This document shows positions 23,165 through 31,080 of a stretch of 32,000 nt of DNA, piece after piece; positions within the stretch are counted from its first letter, which is position 1, and the number at the start of each line of letters is the position of its first letter. This stretch comes from Pyrolobus fumarii 1A (lineage in GTDB: Archaea; Thermoproteota; Thermoprotei_A; Sulfolobales; Pyrodictiaceae), in the NCBI RefSeq assembly GCF_000223395.1, contig NC_015931.1, positions 510,001 to 542,000 on the forward strand, read 5' to 3'. Below the pieces are notes generated by a model. The model searched no databases and was not told the origin of the DNA. It saw nothing but the letters and a program-made list of their open reading frames with translations. The position numbers were made by a program, and so were the translations under genes.

Positions 23165-26089
23165 GTGAGCACGGGTAGTGACGCTAAGCAGCTTGAGCTT
23201 ATCCGGGAGTCGCTGTACAGCCCGGAGGCCGAGGAGGAGGCGAAACGCCTCTTCCTCGAGGAGGTCTACAAGCAGGTTCGCTCCGCGTGGAGGCCGGTAG
23301 CACCCAACGGCGGGAGGCTAGCCGACCTCCCAGAGTGCGTGAGGAAAGGCGAGATATGCAAGGACGACGTGGGCCTCGCGTATAACGCGCTGCGTGTGCT
23401 GGCTGCCAGGTATATGACGCGCGACGAGACGGGCCGCTGGATGGAGACGCCCTCGATGGTGTTCCGGCGTGTGGCTGAGGGCCTAGGGAGGCGCACCAGC
23501 GTTGGCGTAGAGAGGCTCTATAGGCTGCTCGTCGAGGGTCGCTTCATGTTCAACTCTCCGACACTATTCAACATGTATTGTGACGGTGCGCGTGGGACTC
23601 TCAGCGCCTGCTACGTGACGCCCGTCTATGACTCGATGGATGGCATCATGGACGCTGCTAGGGTGCAAGCGCTCACCTTCAAGTGGGGTGGTGGCCAGGG
23701 CTTCTCCTTCTCCGAGCTAAGGCCAAGGTACGACATAGTGAGGGGTACTAGCGGCGTAGCCAGCGGACCCCTCAGCTTCATGAGGCTCTTCGACATGGTC
23801 ACGGAGGTCGTCAAGCAGGGTGGGAAGCGGAGAGGCGCCAACATGGGCATCCTCCACGCCTGGCACCCCGACATCTACAACCCGCACTTCGACCCGTGGG
23901 CAGCCCTCTACAACACGCTGCCGCCGCAAATCCGTGACCTGCTCAAAGCGTTCAAGAGGCTCATCGAGGAGCTGGAGGCGGAGGGGTACACGGTAGACCC
24001 CGAGGTCAAGAGGTGGGTTGCTTGGCTCGTCGAGGCCGGAGAGAAGAAGCCATGGGTGACCGTCGAGGAGGCGGGCTTCGTCCAGGCCAAGGAGCCGCCG
24101 CTCCAAGACACCAACCTCACAAACTTCAACATCAGCGTGGCGGCTAACGACGCGTTCATGAAGGCTGTGCTTGAGGACGGCGAATGGTGGATGGTGAACC
24201 CGAGGTTCTCGGAGGAGAATGGCGTCTACCGCCTCCACTACACCGTCAGCAGGGCGACTAACCCCAACGCCCCGGGCGTCAAGGCAGCCGAGGAGCTGCA
24301 ACACGAGAACCCGTACGTCGGCGTCTTCGAGGACATCCTCGAGAACGCGAAGAGACGTGCCCTGACCGCGCTGGAGGAGAGGAGGAGGGCGACTGGGTGG
24401 CCCACGAGCCCCGACGAGAAGAACCCGATAGTCTGGAGGACTAGGGCGCGCGACGTGTTCAAGAAGGCTGTGGAGAACGCGTGGGCTGGCGGCGACCCAG
24501 GCTTCATCTACATAGACAACCATAACAAGTGGCATCCGACGCCGTGGCTGGGCATGGTTAACGCCACTAACCCTTGTGGCGAGCAGCCGCTCTACCCCTT
24601 CGAGTCCTGCAACCTAGGCAGCGTTAACCTCGAGAAGTACGTGGTGTGTGAGGGAACGCGCTGCTACTTCGACCTAGAGGCGTTCGCGAGGGATGTTGCC
24701 GCTGCCACGGAGGCCCTAGACGCCGTGATAGACGCGAACAACCACCCGGACTGGAGGCAGAGGACTGCAAACCTCTTCACGCGGAAGGTGGGCCTAGGCT
24801 TCATGGGTCTTGCCTCGGCTCTCGCGAGGCTAGGCATACCCTACGATAGCGACGAGGGCGTAGCTTTCACGCTCGTGGCCACAGCCGCGCTCGAGGCGTT
24901 CTCCTGGAGGAGGAGTTGGGAGCTTGGCGCCGAGAAGGGACCGGCCCCAGCCTTCCGCTGCAAGAGGTACGACTGGGAGGGTATGGAGTGCGTCGAGGAG
25001 GCTAGCCCAGAGTGGACGCTGAGGCTCCATACCCCGGGCCTCCGCAAGGCTGGGATGGTCTCGGGGTTCGAAGAGGGCTGGCTAACGCTCCACTACCACA
25101 AAGTGAGTATCGACGAGTGGGGGTTCTCGCTCCTCCGGGGCGTTGCGCGGGAGAGGGTGCTCGCCACCGGCAAGGTTAGGCTGCTGCCAGCCGAGAAGCT
25201 CGAGAACATCGCTAAGAGCGTCTTTGGCTTCACCAGGGAGACTGCCGAGGAGGCGGCTAGGCTACCAGCCGCGAAGGTCGTGGAGGACCCGGTGCTGCTC
25301 ACGGCGCTAGCCGTCTACGACCCGGGCAGAGCCTGGGAGAAGCTCGTCGAGTACGGCAGGGGGGTCGGCGCCGAGGCGCCGAGGAACACCGTGACCACGA
25401 CAGTGGCGCCAACCGGCACCATAAGCATCATAGCGGGTACCAGCAGCGGCATCGAGCCATTCTTCGCCATAGTCTTCAAGCGTGTGGTCACCGTCGGCAC
25501 ATTCCTAGAGGTCGTGAGGCCGTTCCGCGACGCGCTACTAAAGCTAGCCGAGGAGACCGGCGCTACAAGGGAACACCTCAAGCTGGTCTATGAGGCTGTG
25601 AACTCCGCCAAGGGGAGCATCCGGAGGGCGCTTGCGGAGGGCCTCGCAGAGAGGCTGAGGAGCGCAGGTGCACCAGAAGAGTTCATAAGGGGACTCGAGG
25701 GGCTGGCGAGAGCATACCCATCGACGCATGACATCGACGTCTGGTGGCACGTGGCGCACCAGGCGGCTGCACAACTATACGTCGACCAAGCGATATCCAA
25801 GACCATTAACCTCGAGAGGGACACGCCCATAGAAGCGGCGTACACCGCGTTCATCCTAGGGTGGCTAGCCGGCCTCAAAGGCGTCACGATATTCAGGGAG
25901 GGTAGCAAGGCGGCCAGCGTCATACAGACGGGCAGCGGCAAGACAGCCGAGAGGAGGCTACTGAGGAGAAAGCGAAGGAGCATGAGGATGCAAGTGCCCA
26001 AGAAGAGAGCAGTTCTAACCGGCGAGGTCAAAGACGAAGTGATAGTAGACATGTTCACTGGCAGCGAGTGCAAGACCTGCGAGCTTTGA
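23165..26089 (+). CDS. nrdJ: ribonucleoside-diphosphate reductase, class II (adenosylcobalamin-dependent, NrdJ-type)
   Basis: 974 aa. Active-site motifs NPCGEQPL, SCNLGSVNL and TVAPTGTISIIAGTSSGIEPFF, plus a C-terminal Cys pair CKTCEL. There is no ATP-cone or class I tail. The conserved motifs are contiguous, so no intein. Confidence 0.85.
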   Translation: MSTGSDAKQLELIRESLYSPEAEEEAKRLFLEEVYKQVRSAWRPVAPNGGRLADLPECVRKGEICKDDVGLAYNALRVLAARYMTRDETGRWMETPSMVFRRVAEGLGRRTSVGVERLYRLLVEGRFMFNSPTLFNMYCDGARGTLSACYVTPVYDSMDGIMDAARVQALTFKWGGGQGFSFSELRPRYDIVRGTSGVASGPLSFMRLFDMVTEVVKQGGKRRGANMGILHAWHPDIYNPHFDPWAALYNTLPPQIRDLLKAFKRLIEELEAEGYTVDPEVKRWVAWLVEAGEKKPWVTVEEAGFVQAKEPPLQDTNLTNFNISVAANDAFMKAVLEDGEWWMVNPRFSEENGVYRLHYTVSRATNPNAPGVKAAEELQHENPYVGVFEDILENAKRRALTALEERRRATGWPTSPDEKNPIVWRTRARDVFKKAVENAWAGGDPGFIYIDNHNKWHPTPWLGMVNATNPCGEQPLYPFESCNLGSVNLEKYVVCEGTRCYFDLEAFARDVAAATEALDAVIDANNHPDWRQRTANLFTRKVGLGFMGLASALARLGIPYDSDEGVAFTLVATAALEAFSWRRSWELGAEKGPAPAFRCKRYDWEGMECVEEASPEWTLRLHTPGLRKAGMVSGFEEGWLTLHYHKVSIDEWGFSLLRGVARERVLATGKVRLLPAEKLENIAKSVFGFTRETAEEAARLPAAKVVEDPVLLTALAVYDPGRAWEKLVEYGRGVGAEAPRNTVTTTVAPTGTISIIAGTSSGIEPFFAIVFKRVVTVGTFLEVVRPFRDALLKLAEETGATREHLKLVYEAVNSAKGSIRRALAEGLAERLRSAGAPEEFIRGLEGLARAYPSTHDIDVWWHVAHQAAAQLYVDQAISKTINLERDTPIEAAYTAFILGWLAGLKGVTIFREGSKAASVIQTGSGKTAERRLLRRKRRSMRMQVPKKRAVLTGEVKDEVIVDMFTGSECKTCEL

Positions 26090-26092
26090 AAA

Positions 26093-26536
26093 CTATTCCT
26101 TTTCTCGCTTTTCACTCCTAGACCGTAAAGCTATGCCCCCATAGCTAGTCCTCTTCCAACGGATAGCCTTTGCCCTCAACTCCTTCCAAAACCCATCGTC
26201 ATACACGACAATACCATGATCAAGAGCATCTATAACGTCGAGCCTCGGGTTTCTCAATGCAGCTTCAACAACTTCCTCTGGCGTGTAACACCAGGGTTCT
26301 ATTGGCAGCTTACCTCGGTACAACTTGTACACGAGAAACTCGCGCTCGTAGAAGGGCTGGCCCCGGAAACACTCTGCAACAACAAGAATGTCTATGTCGC
26401 TCTCGCGTAGCTGTTCGCCGCGAGCCCAGCTGCCAAAGAGTATAAGGGCGCGGAGACCGAGACGAACACGAAGTATTCTCGCAAGTTTTGAAAGCTCGTC
26501 TATCACGTCTTGGATGCTAGGAGTTTTTTCACCCAC
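26093..26536 (-). CDS. MNT-type nucleotidyltransferase (HEPN-MNT module partner)
   Basis: ILFGSWARGEQLRESDIDILVV matches the GSxxRG...SDxD pol-beta NTase motif. It overlaps the upstream HEPN gene by 34 nt. It ends 3 nt from the convergent RNR stop. Confidence 0.85.
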   Translation of the reverse strand: MGEKTPSIQDVIDELSKLARILRVRLGLRALILFGSWARGEQLRESDIDILVVAECFRGQPFYEREFLVYKLYRGKLPIEPWCYTPEEVVEAALRNPRLDVIDALDHGIVVYDDGFWKELRAKAIRWKRTSYGGIALRSRSEKREKE

Positions 26537-26907
26537 TTTACCACCCTCTCAGCCAGGTTCACAAGCTGAGATGATATACGAGCCGAGTAAACCTCCATAG
26601 GCACGCCGTTAGCCGCATCAGGGTAACGAGCAACACGATAGTGAGGATTGAGCATCCGGAGGGCATCCATTATATCCTCGTCATCCACGCCTAGTATAGA
26701 GGCTAGCCGCACCAGGTTATGCGTCTTGGGAGGAAGTTCACCCCGTAGAGCTATAATAGCCGCTTTCAACGCCTTCTCTGCAGCCTGATGCGCGTGAAAC
26801 GCTGCTGCCGCATACCTCCCCGCCCCAAGGAGAACCTTGGCGTCCAGAAGATCGTCCTCCGCGGCTCTCAGCCACTCCTCAGCCTCAGGGCGCAAAAGGA
26901 CACCCAC
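26503..26907 (-). CDS. HEPN-domain protein
   Basis: WLRAAEDDLLDAKVLL..GRYAAAAFHAHQAAEKALKAAI...KTHNL..L......LNPHYRVARYPD is the classical HEPN pattern. GTG start. Confidence 0.85.
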   Translation of the reverse strand: MGVLLRPEAEEWLRAAEDDLLDAKVLLGAGRYAAAAFHAHQAAEKALKAAIIALRGELPPKTHNLVRLASILGVDDEDIMDALRMLNPHYRVARYPDAANGVPMEVYSARISSQLVNLAERVVKWVKKLLASKT

Positions 26908-26920
26908 CCATCAAAAACAC

Positions 26921-26936
26921 GCGTCTCGCAAGACGC
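26921..26936. promoter_or_regulatory. inverted repeat in the divergent HEPN / pilin-like promoter region
   Basis: gcgtct-cgca-agacgc (6-bp stem) lies 14 nt upstream of the HEPN start. TATA-like ttaaaa (26978-26983) and ttatactttt (26987-26996) lie further on, towards the GTG at 27037. Confidence 0.3.
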
Positions 26937-27036
26937 TAGTATTCTTCTCAAGTTGTTTACTCCAAGCGGAGACACCATTAAAACCGTTATACTTTTGCAT
27001 GGCTAGCCCCTAACAATAGGCCATTAGGGTGATAGG

Positions 27037-27717
27037 GTGAACCGCCATGACAAGAGTCTACGCTCACAAGCGGAACCCATAGCTGTAATCATGCTTACCG
27101 TTGTCGGGCTTGCCATAGCGCTCATGGCCTGGGGGTGGCTCAACGCCAGCCTCGGACCCGTGTCGAGACAAGCGCTTCTAACCGAGTACCTTGCGTTGGA
27201 GCGTAGCAGAGAGTTTGCCAACCTCCTGGCTAGCGGTGTAGACGCTGCAACAGGATACAAAGAGTATGTTGTCGAGCTTATGCACACCGTTGTAACCCAC
27301 CGCAAGTGGTTCGCCTTCATACTACTAGTCAACAACCCGGAGAGCGACACGCTAGTCGACACGGTGCTAACCGAGCAGCTCAACCAGGCTATAGGCACCA
27401 ACGTTAAGGTGTATCTCCTCCAGCCGTTCAGCGGAAGCTACGTGAGGAACGCCACACCAGTCGAGACGATAACAGTCCAGCCAGGGGACGTGATACTCGC
27501 CGATGGGCGCGACCTGAGCATATTCGGGCTCAACACTTCGATCATCGTGATCCGCGTCCCGGAGTACTACAGTGGGGTCGGCGACCCGACACCACAAGCT
27601 ATTATCGACATACTTGTCGACCCCGCGTTGCTCCCGGACACTTCACGCCTCGTGCTCGTCACGCTCACACTGTACGACAACAAGTGGTATGAAGTGACGA
27701 GACTGATACTACCTTAA
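27037..27717 (+). CDS. pilin-like protein with class III (prepilin-type) signal peptide
   Basis: The N-terminus MNRHDKSLRS|QAEPIAVIMLTVVGLAIALMAWGWL is a short charged leader, then LRSQ, then a single about 22-residue hydrophobic helix. The rest is beta-rich. Sequons NAS, NAT and NTS. GTG start after GGTGA. Confidence 0.6.
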   Translation: MNRHDKSLRSQAEPIAVIMLTVVGLAIALMAWGWLNASLGPVSRQALLTEYLALERSREFANLLASGVDAATGYKEYVVELMHTVVTHRKWFAFILLVNNPESDTLVDTVLTEQLNQAIGTNVKVYLLQPFSGSYVRNATPVETITVQPGDVILADGRDLSIFGLNTSIIVIRVPEYYSGVGDPTPQAIIDILVDPALLPDTSRLVLVTLTLYDNKWYEVTRLILP

Positions 27718-27756
27718 AATGCGGGGTTTAGCGGGATAACAAGATGGGAATAGTTA

Positions 27757-30558
27757 ATGAACTCCATGCTTAGGAGCCAGGGCGTACTCATCGGCGGCGT
27801 TATACTACTAATGCTGCTCGTGGCCGTCGTACTCCCGCTAATACTCCGTCTAAACACCACAGCAGCCATGATAGGCGAGAGTGTCAGGCTAGCATCGCAG
27901 GTCAAAATGCAAGCGATGAAGGAGAAAGTACAAGTTGCGTTCAAGTACAACGACACGTACACCGGCATACTGGTGAACAACACCGGCACGGTAAAGGTCA
28001 TCATAGAGAAGGTTATCATACTAAACTTGACAACGGGCCAGCCGATATCAGACCCGCTGATATGCGGCGAGAACGGCGGAATATGCGGTATCATAAACAT
28101 AGCAGACGCGGACAAGAACCCACTAGTGTCGTTCGCGGCGCCCTTCATCGACAATTGTAAAGTCGGTATACTACGGAGAGGCAAGTATAGCCCCGCAACA
28201 CTAGACTGTCTCGACGGCACGAATCGCGTTGCAGTGCTAGAACCCGGCGACGTGCTATTCGTGAGCATCGACCCGGCGATACTCCCACTCCTGATAAACA
28301 AGACAGTGATATACGCGGAGTCTGCATACGGCGTTATCCACCCAGTCGTCTCACCGCCCCCAAGGCCAGGAGCAGGGGGAGCTGGACTACCCGTACCCTC
28401 CTCTGCCATACCGAGAGGCCTCTACACCCCGATAACCGGGTTCATACTGTGGGGCTACGAGGATCTCATCAACTACACGTACGTGCAGGCGATGCGGCCC
28501 CCGTACAGGATATCCACGATAGGGCCGCACCCAGACATTAGCGTGCTGGGCGAGTACGACAATGGTCAGAGGCTATACTGTGGCGGTGTACCATTCTACA
28601 CTGCAGGCTTCTCGGTCGATTATAACGAGCATCTAGGCACCTATAGAATCACGTTCACCGTTTCAAGCATATGCTGGTTCCGAGACTGCTACCTATACGT
28701 GTATACCGCGTATGGGGGCACGCCAGGATGGCTCGCTATAAGACTGTGGCCAAACCGCGTATACACCATAGTAGGTTACGTGGGTGCCATTGGGCTTATG
28801 AGCCCCGAGCAAGTATTGACTAGAAGAGCCGCCGTGGTATACTGCCCGTTTGGCACCGACGCGCAGCTTTTGATACTCGATGGATGGGCCTACCAGATAC
28901 TCGAGAACGGCAAACCTCTGGATATCGGCCAGCCAGCCTACCTGCCGTACCCGCAGAGCCTCAGCGAGTTGACAGCCTCGGGTGGCGTGTCGGAAAGCGA
29001 TGTTGACGAGAACAATATAACAGAGTTGAAGGTGTCGACGTTCAAGTACGGCATAACATGGGATGCTCTAGATGCTGATGGCTCGAGCAGCAGCATGTAC
29101 TCCTACTATGTTGACGAGGAGTACGCATACAGCGACGACGTTGTAGTCTACAACATCACGCTGCTCCGAGACATAACCGGTGTTGACGCGATACAAGTAG
29201 CTGTTAAGGCCACACTCCGGTACAACTACCTGCTATTCACGGACTTCACGCCAGACCCGATGGCATACATATCCAAGCCGATCATCGCCGTCGCGTTGCT
29301 AAAACTAGACCGGAAGACGTACAAGTGGAGAATCGTGAACATGGAGACGAAGGAGTTTAGCATAGGCATGCCGAAAACATTCTGGATAAACGTGATGTTC
29401 CCCGTGAACTCTAGCGATGTCTATAGAATCGCCATATACGTGTATGACCCTTACGGCCTTCTCAACATAGGTACGGACGCTGTACACGGTTGGTGCGAGA
29501 CACCCGTAGCAACACGCAGAGGCAGCGTAAGCTGCTCGAGCTATTACACTTTCATGAGCACTATAGAGACGAAGCTGCACATCGAGCATATAATAGTTCA
29601 GTACTACGTGTATAACCCGCTGCTTAGGAAGATACCGGCAGTCTACCTCGTCAACATAACTGGTGTGCCCTACTGGCCGAGTGGCGTCAACACAGCGTAT
29701 GGTACCTTCGGTGTGATCAACGAGACTATGCTTAGCGACTACTGGTCGTGGCTACTGGAGTACATGCATAGGCTCGGCATATACCCGATAATCGTCAACA
29801 ACTGGGACGAGTTCAAAGTGCTACTTGGGAGCCCGGATGCACCCGTCGATGCAATCGTGATCTTCATGCACGGCCCGATACTGCCATTCAAGTACGGTAT
29901 AAGCCTCTACGACCCATCGGTAGACGACTACGTGACGATATACTCGCCTTACCAGTTCGAACAGTGGCTCGCCCACATGATCCAGGAGCGCGGCTGGATA
30001 GTGGTATTCCCCTATGGCCCGCCGCTAGCCTTCGTATGGGACACCGACGCAAACACCTACTATAACGGCCCCAACGCGTTCATAAGCGGCGGGCTACTCG
30101 ACGACTTCGTTGAACAGCTCATAGGCACTGTCGTTGACGTGAGCTACCTATTCGTCTATGTGGGCGGCTTCGAGTATAACGTGAAAGGTGAGACTTACAC
30201 ACTCAGCAACTACACTGTCGGTATTGGCGACCTTGGCGTGACAGCCACAAGGTCATTGAGGGTATGGGCTGCACCGAGAGTGTTCACAGGCAACTATACC
30301 ATAGCGTCTAGGAGCCTAGAGCTCTACCAGGCCGTGCAACCCTACTATCTCAACGAGACGCCTCCCGACGGGCTCTCGTGGAGCAAGCTAAACGTGCCAA
30401 CCGGCGGCTATGCGCTCGGCGCTGGCTTCATACAGTCGGGTAGGGGTGCAGCCGTCTTCATAACCGCGCCGAGGCCCGGCGTACTAGACCCACTGAGGCT
30501 AGCAGCGCTAGACGTAGCACTGAGCGTATACACGTGGAAGCTCATGGTAGGAGGCTAG
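27757..30558 (+). CDS. giant (933 aa) pilin-like surface glycoprotein with class III-type signal peptide
   Basis: MNSMLRS|QGVLIGGVILLMLLVAVVLPLIL has the same LRSQ + helix signature as the upstream gene. An about 170-aa beta-rich N-domain has 4 Cys. A Pro/Gly linker VSPPPRPGAGGAGLPVPSS (nt about 28348-28410) follows, then an about 715-aa Tyr-rich region. I count about 14 N-x-S/T sequons by eye. The start is 39 nt after the previous gene. Confidence 0.65.
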   Translation: MNSMLRSQGVLIGGVILLMLLVAVVLPLILRLNTTAAMIGESVRLASQVKMQAMKEKVQVAFKYNDTYTGILVNNTGTVKVIIEKVIILNLTTGQPISDPLICGENGGICGIINIADADKNPLVSFAAPFIDNCKVGILRRGKYSPATLDCLDGTNRVAVLEPGDVLFVSIDPAILPLLINKTVIYAESAYGVIHPVVSPPPRPGAGGAGLPVPSSAIPRGLYTPITGFILWGYEDLINYTYVQAMRPPYRISTIGPHPDISVLGEYDNGQRLYCGGVPFYTAGFSVDYNEHLGTYRITFTVSSICWFRDCYLYVYTAYGGTPGWLAIRLWPNRVYTIVGYVGAIGLMSPEQVLTRRAAVVYCPFGTDAQLLILDGWAYQILENGKPLDIGQPAYLPYPQSLSELTASGGVSESDVDENNITELKVSTFKYGITWDALDADGSSSSMYSYYVDEEYAYSDDVVVYNITLLRDITGVDAIQVAVKATLRYNYLLFTDFTPDPMAYISKPIIAVALLKLDRKTYKWRIVNMETKEFSIGMPKTFWINVMFPVNSSDVYRIAIYVYDPYGLLNIGTDAVHGWCETPVATRRGSVSCSSYYTFMSTIETKLHIEHIIVQYYVYNPLLRKIPAVYLVNITGVPYWPSGVNTAYGTFGVINETMLSDYWSWLLEYMHRLGIYPIIVNNWDEFKVLLGSPDAPVDAIVIFMHGPILPFKYGISLYDPSVDDYVTIYSPYQFEQWLAHMIQERGWIVVFPYGPPLAFVWDTDANTYYNGPNAFISGGLLDDFVEQLIGTVVDVSYLFVYVGGFEYNVKGETYTLSNYTVGIGDLGVTATRSLRVWAAPRVFTGNYTIASRSLELYQAVQPYYLNETPPDGLSWSKLNVPTGGYALGAGFIQSGRGAAVFITAPRPGVLDPLRLAALDVALSVYTWKLMVGG

Positions 30559-30597
30559 CATAGTTTGTCTCAACAACTCATAACTCATAGCCAGATA

Positions 30598-30604
30598 TTT
30601 TCTT
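30598..30604 (+). terminator. oligo-T terminator candidate for the pilin-like operon
   Basis: ttttctt lies 40 nt after the stop, preceded by the tandem aactcat-aactcat (30575-30588). Confidence 0.35.
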
Positions 30605-30747
30605 CATAACCTTGTCAGCGGGTGGCGCATTCCAGCAATATCCGGGTGGCCATAGCCCCGAGCGCACACAGCTATACGTGACCCCAATCCCAGTGTAACG
30701 ATGTGTTTTTACCGACTCTATGGCTTTGTGAGCGAATTGTGTTCGAT

Positions 30748-30820
30748 GGGGCGGGAGGACCCCGTCTCATCCACCCCCATGCGGGGGTGTTGCCGGGGTC
30801 CCACCCCTGGCCCGGGCCCC
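30748..30820. other. GC-rich multi-hairpin element (candidate ncRNA)
   Basis: Three consecutive hairpins: GGGG-N8-CCCC (30748-30763); cacccccATGCgggggtg with a 7-bp stem (30772-30789); GGGG-tccca-CCCC (30795-30807). The palindrome ggcccgggcc follows (30809-30818). T5 lies upstream (30706-30710) and T4 downstream (about 30861-30864). The element sits in a 520-bp stretch with no credible ORF. Confidence 0.3.
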
Positions 30821-31080
30821 AAGTAGTATGTTAGGGTTCTACCCGGGTCCAGTATCTTGTTTTAGGCGAAACTAGCTGCCTCCTCTATATGGTAAACGGA
30901 GACGCTGTACTCTTGATACCTTGTGGTGTACGAGGAGCGTTTCTACCGGTGTATGAGCGAGCGTTCCGCGCTGCGCCAGTGGATGTAGAGATGCTTGATG
31001 TGTATATGCTATTCTGGCTGGTATTATTGGTAATGCCGGGTCTATCTAGATGTTGGCGTGTAGTGGAGTGGAAGCGGGTC

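Noticed and set aside
23717-24535. 272-aa minus-strand ORF inside the RNR gene (and other antisense ORFs between 23266-26115)
   Set aside because: It is fully embedded antisense in a gene with unmistakable RNR motifs. Its composition is dominated by R/P/V/L/G, and it has no start context.
23165-26089. Intein in the RNR gene (common in archaeal RNRs)
   Set aside because: The catalytic motifs (NPCGEQPL, SCNLGSVNL, APTGTIS) are contiguous with their flanks. There are no Cys/Ser-initiated insertions of 150 aa or more ending in HN followed by C/S/T. The total length of 974 aa fits an intein-free enzyme with modest insertions.
27714-28409. 231-aa minus-strand ORF overlapping the start of the 933-aa gene
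   Set aside because: It is Ser/Thr/Pro-rich and low in complexity. The plus-strand frame has a coherent signal peptide, domain structure and continuous 2.8-kb reading frame.
30748-30820. Possible tRNA (73 nt, GC-rich, G-run at 5' end, C-run at 3' end)
   Set aside because: No cloverleaf can be drawn. The central hairpin has a 4-nt loop rather than a 7-nt anticodon loop, there are no T-loop (GTTCRANYC) or D-loop consensus sequences, and the termini pair for only 5 bp. I keep it only as an unclassified structured element.
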